DNA of 23,402 nt, taken from assembly GCA_044869275.1 (NCBI GenBank), contig JBIOXB010000100.1:1-23402 (forward strand), written 5' to 3'. The notes beneath the pieces are model-generated. The model had not been told where the DNA came from. It searched no databases and was given only the letters and a program-made list of their open reading frames with translations. A program made the position numbers and the translations under genes. The DNA comes from a bacterium. GTDB lineage: Bacteria; Zhuqueibacterota; Zhuqueibacteria; Zhuqueibacterales; Zhuqueibacteraceae. This document shows positions 1 to 8,959 of the stretch, one piece after another; positions within the stretch are counted from its first letter, which is position 1, and the number at the start of each line of letters is the position of its first letter.

Positions 1-2
1 CT

Positions 3-758
3 TCAGTTCGCTTTGTTCTTCGGCAGAATAAAACGCAACAACTTCTGAACCGGATCGTAGAACTCGTCGACGACGCGTTCCTTGAGCGGGATGATCGCGT
101 TCTCGGTGATCGTGATCTGTTCGGGACAGACCTTGGTGCAGCATCGTGTGATGTTGCAGTAGCCGACGCCCTGATCTTCCTTGAGCGCAGGCAGCCGATC
201 CTCGACATCGAGCGGATGCATTTCGAGCGCCGCTGCGTAGGTCAGGAACCGCGGACCGATGAACGCGTCGTGCAGTTTGTGATCGCGCAGGATGTGACAG
301 ACGTCCTGACAGAGAAAGCACTCGATGCACTTGCGGAATTCCTGTACGCGATCCACGTCTTCCTGGCTCATGCGCCAGGTGCCATCGGCGGCATCGGGCG
401 GGCGTGGTTTAAATGGCTTGAGGTTCTTTTTCACGCGGAAATTCCACGACACATCGGTGACCAAATCCTTGACGCGCGGGAAGGCTTTCTTCGGTTCTAC
501 TGTGACCGGCTTCTCCAGTGGCAAATCGCTTAGCCGCGTCATGCACATGAGCTTGGGATTACCGTTGATCTCAGCCGAGCACGAACCGCACTTGCCCGCT
601 TTGCAGTTCCAGCGCAAGGCCAGATCGGGCGCTTGCTGGGCTTGAATACGAAGCACGGCATCGAGCACCACCATGCCTTCGGAAATCTCGGTGGTGTAGT
701 CTTGAAAACTTCCGGCTTGCGCATCGCCGCGCCAAATCTTGAACGTTGCCGCCGCCAT
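3..758 (-). CDS. sdhB: Succinate dehydrogenase/fumarate reductase iron-sulfur subunit
   Basis: 2Fe-2S motif CKAGKCGSC...C, 4Fe-4S motif CIECFLCQDVC and third-cluster motif CNITRCCTKVC; start overlaps the flavoprotein stop (TAATG). Confidence 0.95.
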   Translation of the reverse strand: MAAATFKIWRGDAQAGSFQDYTTEISEGMVVLDAVLRIQAQQAPDLALRWNCKAGKCGSCSAEINGNPKLMCMTRLSDLPLEKPVTVEPKKAFPRVKDLVTDVSWNFRVKKNLKPFKPRPPDAADGTWRMSQEDVDRVQEFRKCIECFLCQDVCHILRDHKLHDAFIGPRFLTYAAALEMHPLDVEDRLPALKEDQGVGYCNITRCCTKVCPEQITITENAIIPLKERVVDEFYDPVQKLLRFILPKNKAN

Positions 759-2569
759 TACTTCATCTCCTGGATGATCGTTCGTAATGCCTCGGGCATG
801 GCCGGTATCTCGGCACGCTGCACTTGCATTTCGCCGCGCGCGTCTTGGCGCACCACGAGATTGGCTTTTCCAAAAACTTCGTCTTTGTCGGCGTAATCTT
901 CACGAAAATGCGCGCCACGGCTTTCCTGGCGCGCCAGTGCCGGCAAGGTGATTGCTTCCGCCACGGTGAGCAGATTATTGAGATCGAGCGCCGTGTGCCA
1001 GCCCGGATTGTACTCGCGATTGCCGGTGACGCTCACACAGCTGGCGCGCTCGCGCAGGGCTTTGATGCCTTCGCGTGCGCGCTGCATTTCGTGTTCTTTG
1101 CGCACGATGCCGACCAGCTCTTGCATCATCTCCTGCAACTCATGTTGAATTTGGTAAGGACTCTCGCCGGCTGTGCGCTCGAAGGGCGCGAGCGCCGCCT
1201 TTGCGGTATTTTCGATTTGCTGCGTGTCGATCCGTGCAACACTATTTTTCCTGGCGAATTCTGCCGCATACTGGCCCGCACGTTTGCCGAAAACCAAGAG
1301 ATCGGAAAGGGAATTGCCGCCCAGGCGGTTTGCGCCGTGCAAGCCGGCGGCACACTCTCCCGCGGCGAACAAACCGGGAATGGTCGACATTTGCGAATCC
1401 GCGTCCACGCGCACTCCGCCCATCATATAATGCGTAGTCGGGCCGACTTCCATCGGCTCTTTGGTGATGTCGATGTCCGCCAATTGCTTGAACTGATGAT
1501 ACATGCTCGGCAGTTTTTTCTTGATGTACTCCGCCGCGTGCGGAATCCTTTCCTTGATCCACGAGATATCGAGAAACACGCCACCGTGCGGACTGCCCCG
1601 CCCTTCTTTGAGTTCGCGCACAATGCAGCGCGCCACGTGATCGCGCGTGAGCAGCTCCGGCGGACGGCGCGCATTCTTGTCTCCCTGGCAATAGCGCCAG
1701 CCTTCTTCTTCATTGTCGGTGGTTTGCTGGCGATACAGCTCGGGAACGTCGTCGAACATGAAGCGCCGGCCTGCACTGTTGCGCAACACACCGCCTTCGC
1801 CGCGCACGCCTTCAGTCACGAGAATGCCTTGTACGCTCGGCGGCCACACCATGCCGGTCGGGTGAAACTGCACGAACTCCATATCCATCAGCTCGGCACC
1901 GGCGTGATAAGCCAGCGCGTGGCCATCGCCGGTGTACTCCCAGCTATTGCTGGTAATTTTATATGCGCGGCCAACGCCGCCGGTGGCGAGCACGATCGCT
2001 TTTGCCTGAAACAGCTTGAAGCGGCCGCGCTCGCGGTCATAGCCGAATGCCGCCACGACCCGGCCATCGTCTTTGAGCAAGGCCAGGATCGTGCATTCCA
2101 TGTGAAAGTCGATGCCCTGATGAATGCCATGATCCTGCAAAGTTCGAATCATTTCGAGGCCGGTGCGGTCGCCCACGTGCGCCAGGCGCGGATATTTATG
2201 GCCACCAAAATTGCGTTGCAGAATGCGGCCATCTTGCGTGCGGTCGAAAAGCGCGCCCCAGGCCTCCAACTCGCGCACCGTTTCCGGGGCTTCCTTGGCA
2301 TGCAACTCCGCCATGCGCCAGTTGTTGAGATATTGCCCGCCCCGCATGGTGTCGGCGAAATGAACTTTCCAACTATCGCGATCGTCCACGTTCGCCAACG
2401 CCGCCGCAATGCCGCCTTCGGCCATGACCGTGTGCGCCTTGCCGAGCAGCGATTTGCTGATGACGCCTACCGTAGCACCTGCGGCGGAGGCGGCAATGGC
2501 GGCGCGAAGGCCGGCACCGCCAGCGCCGATGACCACCACATCATGCTTGAACTCTTCATATTGCGCCAT
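758..2569 (-). CDS. sdhA: Succinate dehydrogenase/fumarate reductase flavoprotein subunit
   Basis: GAGGAG Rossmann motif, AHTVMAEGG (covalent FAD His), QFHPT, EGVRGEGG, THYMMGG, HGANRLGGNSL, ESRGAH. ATG at 2569 chosen because a GGAGG SD precedes it. Confidence 0.96.
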   Translation of the reverse strand: MAQYEEFKHDVVVIGAGGAGLRAAIAASAAGATVGVISKSLLGKAHTVMAEGGIAAALANVDDRDSWKVHFADTMRGGQYLNNWRMAELHAKEAPETVRELEAWGALFDRTQDGRILQRNFGGHKYPRLAHVGDRTGLEMIRTLQDHGIHQGIDFHMECTILALLKDDGRVVAAFGYDRERGRFKLFQAKAIVLATGGVGRAYKITSNSWEYTGDGHALAYHAGAELMDMEFVQFHPTGMVWPPSVQGILVTEGVRGEGGVLRNSAGRRFMFDDVPELYRQQTTDNEEEGWRYCQGDKNARRPPELLTRDHVARCIVRELKEGRGSPHGGVFLDISWIKERIPHAAEYIKKKLPSMYHQFKQLADIDITKEPMEVGPTTHYMMGGVRVDADSQMSTIPGLFAAGECAAGLHGANRLGGNSLSDLLVFGKRAGQYAAEFARKNSVARIDTQQIENTAKAALAPFERTAGESPYQIQHELQEMMQELVGIVRKEHEMQRAREGIKALRERASCVSVTGNREYNPGWHTALDLNNLLTVAEAITLPALARQESRGAHFREDYADKDEVFGKANLVVRQDARGEMQVQRAEIPAMPEALRTIIQEMK

Positions 2570-2603
2570 TATTCGAAAATCCTCCACTCCTCAACTCGCA
2601 TCT

Positions 2604-2659
2604 TTTTTGCTTCTTGCGCTTTGTCTCTTGCTCTTTGCTTTTTGCTCTTTGCTTTTTGC
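2604..2659. repeat. Eight degenerate tandem heptamers (consensus TYTTTGC)
   Basis: tttttgc ttcttgc gctttgt ctcttgc tctttgc tttttgc tctttgc tttttgc in the anchor-sdhA spacer. Confidence 0.85.
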
Positions 2660-2663
2660 CTCA

Positions 2664-3467
2664 TCAAAAAATCCTCCCATCCGACCAGATACCCATGCTG
2701 CACATGCGCACGTAAACATCCGAAAACGCCACGGAAAACAGGCTCGACCAGGCCCACAGCATGTGCCGTCGATTGAGACAACTCGAACAGTTGTAGGCTT
2801 GCTGTCGCAGGGAGGCTTTGGTGAGACGGTCGAAACGCCCGCCGATAACGTGGCGCAGTGAATGGCAACCGAAAGTGTAGCAGCTCAAGAGCGTGACGTT
2901 GGCCGCCAACACCAGCGTGCCCACGCCGATGCCGAAAGACACCGCGCCGGTGCCGGGGTCGGTAAACCACATCGCTTTCCAAACATCATGAGCGAGGATC
3001 ACGATAAAAATCAAAGCGAGATAGAGAAAGTAGCGATGCACGTTTTGCAGAATGAGCGGGAAGGAATGCTCACCACGATATTTTTTGCGCGGTTCCGTCA
3101 CGGTGCAGGAAGGCGGATCGGCCCAAAAGGCTTTGTAATACGCGCCGCGATAGTAATAGCACGACAGACGAAAGCCGCCCGGCGCCCAAAGAATGAGCAA
3201 GGCCGGCGAAAACGGCAACAGCATCGGCCACCAGCCTGGCTTGGGGCCGAACCAACTGTGCGGCGAATCGCCAAAAATTTCAGGCGAGTAAAACGGGGAG
3301 AGATAAGGTCCCCAATAATAGTGGCCGGCTTGAAACGCCGCCCAGGTTGCATACACGATGAAAGCAGAAAGTCCGAGAAAAGTGAGCAGCGGCTGCAGCC
3401 ACCAAGCGTCGCGGCGCATGGTTTGACCGAAGCTGCTTCGTTGCAGAGAGACGGTTGCAGGAGCCAT
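2664..3467 (-). CDS. Succinate dehydrogenase membrane anchor, Rv0249c/Sdh1-like
   Basis: Several hydrophobic segments with YLSPFYSP, FRLSCYYYRGAYYKAFW, NVHRYF, GCHSLRH and LNRRHM motifs; directly upstream of sdhA. ATG 3467 has a GAGG SD. Confidence 0.85.
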   Translation of the reverse strand: MAPATVSLQRSSFGQTMRRDAWWLQPLLTFLGLSAFIVYATWAAFQAGHYYWGPYLSPFYSPEIFGDSPHSWFGPKPGWWPMLLPFSPALLILWAPGGFRLSCYYYRGAYYKAFWADPPSCTVTEPRKKYRGEHSFPLILQNVHRYFLYLALIFIVILAHDVWKAMWFTDPGTGAVSFGIGVGTLVLAANVTLLSCYTFGCHSLRHVIGGRFDRLTKASLRQQAYNCSSCLNRRHMLWAWSSLFSVAFSDVYVRMCSMGIWSDGRIF

Positions 3468-3615
3468 AGAGGTCCTCGATCGCGCGGAGTGAGTAAGAAT
3501 CGCGTTCCTCTGAGGGGCTTTTAAGTGGGGCAAAAGATAATGTCAGCGCTTTCGAAGCGCAAGCGAAAAATTGTGGAAAGACCTCTTCTGCCCGAGCAAA
3601 ACTGTGGGCAATCAA

Positions 3616-3637
3616 TTCGCGAGAATTTTCTTGCGAA
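3616..3637. promoter_or_regulatory. Near-perfect 22-bp palindrome in the sdh/kor divergent region; possible operator
   Basis: TTCGCGAGAA-TT-TTCTTGCGAA, 9 of 10 arm positions complementary. Confidence 0.35.
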
Positions 3638-3819
3638 AATCAAATTTTTTATGCATCTCTATTCAAACTCGAATAAGCGAAGTTCGTTCCCACAATATCC
3701 TCAACAGCTCGTCCGAGATCTCAGTCCGCTGAACTCCGAAAAACTTGACCCGCCAAGCCTCAATCAGGCTGAGACCCGGAGGGCAAAATGATTCCTTCAC
3801 GCGAAGGAGGTTTCAAACC

Positions 3820-5667
3820 ATGCAAAAATCCGAAATCACGGTTGGCATCGGCGGCGCCGCGGGCGACGGCCAGGCCTCCATTGGCGACACGCTGGCCAAG
3901 ACCTGCGCCCGGCTGGGATTGCATATTTTCGTTTACAACAGCTACCAGTCGGTGATTCGTGGCGGTCATGTCTGGCTGCGCTTGCGCGCCTCCGAAAAAA
4001 AGGTTTACTCCCACGGTGATCATCTCGATGCGGTGATTGCGCTCAATCAAGATTGCCTCGACCGGCACGCTGCCGAAGTGGACGAAGGCGGTGTCGTCAT
4101 TTTCAACTCGGACAAGCTCGTGTTGGAGACAAGCCAACTCAAGCCTAAAGTTCGAGAGATCTCCCTGCCCATGGCAGAACTAATGGCGCCGTTCGGCCGG
4201 CAACCTGCGGTGATGCAAAATACGGTGGCATTGGGCGCGCTAACTCATCTCGCCGATCTCGATTTTGATTTTCTCAAAGGTGTGCTCGGAGAGCTCTTCC
4301 AGCGCAAAGGCGAGGAGGTGATCAACACCAATGTGGGCCTGGCGCAAGCCGGATTCGAATACGCGGCGGCGCATTTCGCGCAAATGGGCTATGATTGGAA
4401 GTTCACGGGCAAGCATCGCGCCGTGATCTCCGGCAATGAAGCTTTCGGCATCGGAGCGGTCACCGCGGGTTGCACCTTTTATGCCGCGTATCCCATGACG
4501 CCGGCCAGCTCGATCCTCCACTTCATGGCAAACCACGCCGAGAAGTATGGCATTGTGGTCAAGCAAGTGGAAGATGAGATTGGCGTGCTCAACATGGCAA
4601 TCGGCGCCGGCCACGCTGGGGCGCGCGCTTTGGTCGCCACTTCCGGCGGTGGCTTTTCCTTAATGACCGAAGCAATCGGCCTGGCCGGGATGACGGAAAC
4701 GCCGGTAGTGATCATCAACTCCATGCGTGGCGGGCCTTCCACCGGCTTGCCCACCAAAACCGAGCAAGGCGATCTCAATCAAGTCTTGGGCGCTTCGCAA
4801 GGAGAATATCCGCGCATGATCGCCGCGCCCAGCGATCCGGTTGACGCATTTGGCACGTTGGCCGAAGCGTTCAACATTGCCGAGAAGTATCAAGTTCCCG
4901 CCATCGTGATTTCAGATCTTTTGCTCTCCGAGCACCGCGAAACCGTGGATCCTGACCAATTCGATTTCGAGGTGCCGATCGTTCGTGGAGAGCTTGCCGG
5001 CAATGACCGTGAGGCCGGGAACGGGGAATATAAACGTTATGCGTTCACCGCCTCCGGCATTTCTCCACGCGCGCTGCCCGGCAGTGCAGATCCGGATACC
5101 GTATATGTCGCGGCCAGTGACGAGCATGACGAGCATGGCATCCTCATCAGCGATGTTTACACCAATCCGGTGACTCGCAAACAAATGATGGAAAAACGCA
5201 TGCGCAAGATGGAGGGCATCCTTCAGGAGCTGGAACCGCCGAAGCTCGAAGGCGAGGCGCAGGCCGAGGTCACGCTGATCGGCTGGGGCTCATCCCAAGG
5301 CGTGATCAAAGAAGCGATCGCGCAACTCGCAGAAGAGGGCGTCACCGCCAATCAATTGCACATCAAATACCTGGCGCCGTTCCATGCCGAAGCCGTTGCA
5401 GGCATCCTGGCACGCTGCCGCCGCACCGTGTGCGTGGAAGTCAACTACACCGGCCAGTTGGCGCGGCATCTGCGCGCCGAGACCGGTATCAAAGTCGATC
5501 ATAAGATTTTGCGCTATGATGGTGAGCCTTTCGAGCCCGGACAAATCGCCGCTCATGTCAAAGCTTTCTTGCGGACGGCCGGGGCAGAGCAGCCTCAGGC
5601 TGCTCAAAATGTCAAGTCTCAAAAAACAAAATCCAAACAAATTCCGATTACCAATGATCAAATTTGA
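3820..5667 (+). CDS. korA: 2-oxoacid:ferredoxin oxidoreductase alpha subunit (gamma-alpha fusion)
   Basis: GGAAGDG, YQSVIRGGH, AYPMTPAS, QVEDEI, TSGGGFSLM, MRGGPSTGLPTKTEQGDL; AAGGAGG SD before ATG 3820. Confidence 0.93.
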   Translation: MQKSEITVGIGGAAGDGQASIGDTLAKTCARLGLHIFVYNSYQSVIRGGHVWLRLRASEKKVYSHGDHLDAVIALNQDCLDRHAAEVDEGGVVIFNSDKLVLETSQLKPKVREISLPMAELMAPFGRQPAVMQNTVALGALTHLADLDFDFLKGVLGELFQRKGEEVINTNVGLAQAGFEYAAAHFAQMGYDWKFTGKHRAVISGNEAFGIGAVTAGCTFYAAYPMTPASSILHFMANHAEKYGIVVKQVEDEIGVLNMAIGAGHAGARALVATSGGGFSLMTEAIGLAGMTETPVVIINSMRGGPSTGLPTKTEQGDLNQVLGASQGEYPRMIAAPSDPVDAFGTLAEAFNIAEKYQVPAIVISDLLLSEHRETVDPDQFDFEVPIVRGELAGNDREAGNGEYKRYAFTASGISPRALPGSADPDTVYVAASDEHDEHGILISDVYTNPVTRKQMMEKRMRKMEGILQELEPPKLEGEAQAEVTLIGWGSSQGVIKEAIAQLAEEGVTANQLHIKYLAPFHAEAVAGILARCRRTVCVEVNYTGQLARHLRAETGIKVDHKILRYDGEPFEPGQIAAHVKAFLRTAGAEQPQAAQNVKSQKTKSKQIPITNDQI

Positions 5668-5763
5668 AACACGCATGTCAACCATTGGATTTTGAAATTT
5701 GTTCGGTCATGCCATTTCTCCACGAACACTAAAACCCTCAAGTCTTCGACGAGGAGGCAGATC

Positions 5764-6654
5764 ATGACAACCGCAATCGCATCTCCCGTAAAGCTCCCGA
5801 TCGCAAAATACAAAAGTTCGGTAGAGCCGGATTGGTGCCCGGGCTGCGGCGACTTTGGCGTGCTGCGCGCCTTACAGACCGGCCTCAGTGAATTGGGCAT
5901 TCATCCCAAGGATGTGCTGATTTCCTCGGGCATTGGCTGTTCTTCGAACCTGCCGGGATTCATTCACGCCTATGGCTTTCATGGCTTGCATGGCCGCGCG
6001 CTGCCGGTGGCGCAGGGCGCGAAGCTGGCCAACCCCGATTTGACCGTCATCATCACCGGCGGTGACGGCGACGGCTATGGCATTGGCGCCGGCCACTTTC
6101 TGCATGCCATGCGCCGCAATATCGATCTCACCTACATCGTGATGGACAACCAGATTTACGGTCTCACCGTTGGCCAGGCTTCGCCCACGAGCATGCGCGG
6201 TCACAAAACCAATTCCACGCCCTGGGGCAATCTCGAAATTCCCATCAATCCGATTGCGCTGGCATTGGTGAGCGGCGCCACGTTCGTGGCGCGAGGCTTT
6301 TCCGGCGAAGCCAAACAGCTCGCGCAGATCTTCCTGCAGGCGATCAGCCACAAAGGCTTTGCGTTGGTGGATGTATTCAGCCCGTGCGTGACGTACAACA
6401 AGATCAATACTTATGCCTGGTTCAAGGAGCGGGTTTACAAGCTCGAGGAACGCAAACACGACACTTCCGATTTCAAGCTCGCGCTGGAGACCGCGTGGCA
6501 ATGGGGCAATGAGATTCCGATCGGGGTTTTCTATCAAGCAGAGCAAGAAAGGTATGAAGCGCTCGACGTCGGACTCAAGCAGGGGCCACTGGTGAAGCGC
6601 AAACTGGGGATGAGCAATGCTGCGGGGAGGGAATTGTTGCGGGAATTTATGTAG
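5764..6654 (+). CDS. korB: 2-oxoacid:ferredoxin oxidoreductase beta subunit
   Basis: WCPGCGD, SGIGCS, HGLHGRA, TPP motif GGDGDG...DNQIYG, SPCVTYN; GAGGAGG SD before ATG 5764. Confidence 0.94.
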   Translation: MTTAIASPVKLPIAKYKSSVEPDWCPGCGDFGVLRALQTGLSELGIHPKDVLISSGIGCSSNLPGFIHAYGFHGLHGRALPVAQGAKLANPDLTVIITGGDGDGYGIGAGHFLHAMRRNIDLTYIVMDNQIYGLTVGQASPTSMRGHKTNSTPWGNLEIPINPIALALVSGATFVARGFSGEAKQLAQIFLQAISHKGFALVDVFSPCVTYNKINTYAWFKERVYKLEERKHDTSDFKLALETAWQWGNEIPIGVFYQAEQERYEALDVGLKQGPLVKRKLGMSNAAGRELLREFM

Positions 6655-6669
6655 AACAAGCGTGCTAGG

Positions 6670-6990
6670 TCAATGGGTTGCTTCATGGACCACTTTCCCT
6701 TCTGTCAGCGCCCAGTAAAGCGTGGTGCTGGGCAGGTGACCCCATTCATCGATTTCCGCCTTTGAAGCCACCAGCACATCGACTGGAATTCGCAAGGGAC
6801 GCAGCACCCTTCGCAAGCGCACCATTTCCTGGTGCTTGTTTGTCAAAGTCGGAAAGATCACCAAAAAATCCAGATCGGAATCCTCGCCCGCTTCACCTCG
6901 AGCATAAGATCCAAACAGTATGATCTTGGCTGGATGGGCCGATGCAGTGAGCTATTGCACGGCTTGTTCGATGGTTTGTTGTGTGATCAT
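6670..6990 (-). pseudogene. Minimal nucleotidyltransferase (MNT antitoxin-like) with a premature amber stop
   Basis: Frame from ATG 6990 reads MITQQTIEQAVQ*LTASAHPAKIILFGSYARGEAGEDSDLDFLVI...VDVLV...EGKVVHE (GS...DxD motif); TAG at 6952-6954. Confidence 0.85.
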
Positions 6991-7217
6991 ATGATTAAAC
7001 CCTTCCTGGAAGCTACATAGCTTTACTCGAAAAGGCAAGCTGAGTTCGCGCTGGCATCTTCATCCTTTGAGGTGTTTCTACTTTTTCAACCGGTCATCCA
7101 CATCGATCCGCTTGTCATTTTTTGCAGCTTCGCCACACGAATTTCTCACCTTCAAGAATCTGCACGAATTCCATATGTAGAAGGGGGGTTATCTCCTTGA
7201 TTCTGTACGCGTGTTCT

Positions 7218-7233
7218 TGGCATGGCCCTTGTA
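7218..7233 (+). promoter_or_regulatory. Putative sigma54 (-24/-12) promoter of the kinase-protease-regulator operon
   Basis: TGGCATGGCCCTTGTA versus consensus TGGCACGNNNNTTGCW; -12 is GT instead of GC. Confidence 0.6.
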
Positions 7234-7324
7234 ATTATTCGATACGATGCCACCGCTGCGTTGGTCGGTGCCGGCGACGCAATCGCGAAGGGGCACAGCG
7301 CGCACAGAACTGCACGGATCCCGC

Positions 7325-8959
7325 ATGAAACTCCTGCCGCAAAAACTGGCTGTGAAGCTCATTCTCTCGCTGACGATCATCATCGCGCTGCTGGAAGGGA
7401 TTTCGGGTTTCCTCGGCTTGCAGAATCAGCAACGCCAGCTGCTGCAGGCCATGATCATCGGTGCCGATCAGCTCTCGAAAAGCATCACCAGCGCTACCTG
7501 GCACTCGATGCTGGCTGATCACCGTGCGGCGGCTTATGAGATGATGCAAACCATTGCCTTGAAGCAGGGCATCAGGCGCATTCGTATTTTCAACAAAGAA
7601 GGCCGGGTGATGTTCTCCACCATGCCGGGCGAGGCGATGCAGGTGAACAAATACGCCGAGGCGTGCTACTTTTGCCACGCCAGCGCCGAGCCGCGGGTCA
7701 AAGTGGATGTGCCCTCGCGTGCGCGCATTTTCAGCGGTGCGGATGGCCGCCGCCAACTGGCCATGGTCACCCCCATTTATAATGAACCGGCGTGCAGCCA
7801 GGCTGCGTGCCACGCGCATCCGAGAGATGTGAAAGTGCTCGGCGTGCTGGATGTGGCGCTGGATTTGGAACCGGCGGATCGCGAGTTGGCCAAGGCGGAA
7901 TGGCGCATGGTGGTAGTCACGGCGGTTCATATCGCTCTCATCGCGCTGTTCATTGTTTTTTTCACGCGCTATTTTGTGAGCCGGCCGATCCAAAAACTAA
8001 TCGCGGGCACGCGCGCCGTGAGCGCCATGCAGCTCGATCAGCCCATAGCCATCGACTCCAGTGAAGAGCTGGCGGAACTGGCGCGTTCGTTCAACCTCAT
8101 GCGCGAGCGCCTGCAAGTGGCGATTTCCGAAACCAACCAATTCGCGCAGAGCCTGGAAACCAAAGTCATGGAGCGCACCGAACAGCTCAAAGTCGCGCAT
8201 CAAAAACTCCTGCAAAGCGACCGCCTGGCGTCGTTAGGCCAGCTCTCGGCCAGTGTGGCGCATGAGATCAACAATCCGCTTTCCGGCGTGCTCAATCTCT
8301 CCATGCTGATGCAACGCATTCTCCGCGAGGATGGCGTTCCGCTGTCGCGTTTGCCGGAATTTCGCAAATATCTCGGCCAAGTGGTGCATGAAACCTCGCG
8401 CGTCGGCAGGATTGTATCCGATTTGCTGGCCTTTTCGCGGCGCTCCAAGCCGCAGAGCACGCGCGCCGACCTGAACAACATCGTGAAAACCACGCTCTCG
8501 CTGTTGGCGCACAAATTAAAACTCAGCAACGTGGAAGTGGCGCTGCGGCTCGAAGAGAATTTGCCGCCGGTGCGTTGTGACAGCTCACAGATGCAACAAG
8601 TGGTGATCAACTTGGTCATGAATGGTGCAGAGGCGACGCAGGCGCGCGGCCAGGGGCAGGTGACCATCGCCACGCGCAGCCAGCCGAAGCAGCACAGTGT
8701 CATTTTGGAAGTGCAGGACAACGGCGAGGGCATTCCGCCGCAACAACTCACGAAAATCTTTGATCCGTTCTTCACGACCAAGGAAGAGGGCAAAGGCATC
8801 GGCCTCGGCTTGTCCGTTGTTTATGGCATCATCGAAGCGCACGGCGGCGACATCGAAGTGCAAAGCAAAGCGGGTGAGGGCGCACGCTTCATCGTAACCC
8901 TGCCGTTTTCCCAGGAGAATGGCGTCGCGGCCTCGCCGGCAAACGGGCCGCCCGCGTGA
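7325..8959 (+). CDS. Membrane sensor histidine kinase (NtrB-like) with a heme-c-motif periplasmic domain and HAMP
   Basis: Two TM helices flank a domain with CYFCH and CSQAACH; HAMP; H-box [10 protein letters not shown]-box [27 protein letters not shown]. Start uncertain (7325 preferred, 7247 possible). Confidence 0.93.
   Translation: MKLLPQKLAVKLILSLTIIIALLEGISGFLGLQNQQRQLLQAMIIGADQLSKSITSATWHSMLADHRAAAYEMMQTIALKQGIRRIRIFNKEGRVMFSTMPGEAMQVNKYAEACYFCHASAEPRVKVDVPSRARIFSGADGRRQLAMVTPIYNEPACSQAACHAHPRDVKVLGVLDVALDLEPADRELAKAEWRMVVVTAVHIALIALFIVFFTRYFVSRPIQKLIAGTRAVSAMQLDQPIAIDSSEELAELARSFNLMRERLQVAISETNQFAQSLETKVMERTEQLKVAHQKLLQSDRLASLGQLSASVAHEINNPLSGVLNLSMLMQRILREDGVPLSRLPEFRKYLGQVVHETSRVGRIVSDLLAFSRRSKPQSTRADLNNIVKTTLSLLAHKLKLSNVEVALRLEENLPPVRCDSSQMQQVVINLVMNGAEATQARGQGQVTIATRSQPKQHSVILEVQDNGEGIPPQQLTKIFDPFFTTKEEGKGIGLGLSVVYGIIEAHGGDIEVQSKAGEGARFIVTLPFSQENGVAASPANGPPA

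Noticed and set aside
824..2776. 650-aa plus-strand ORF
   Set aside because: Antisense shadow of sdhA with no recognisable motifs; expected with GC-rich codon bias.
3760..3810. TPP riboswitch upstream of korA (GCTGAGA, TGAT...GCGAAGG fragments)
   Set aside because: Lacks the 5' GGG of P2 and the CCTGATC-GG-TAAT-CC P4/P5 arm; too short.
6952..6954. Pyrrolysine or recoding read-through of the TAG
   Set aside because: TAG is used as a normal stop in this window (korB, NrfD), there are no pyl genes here, and the partner gene is also destroyed.
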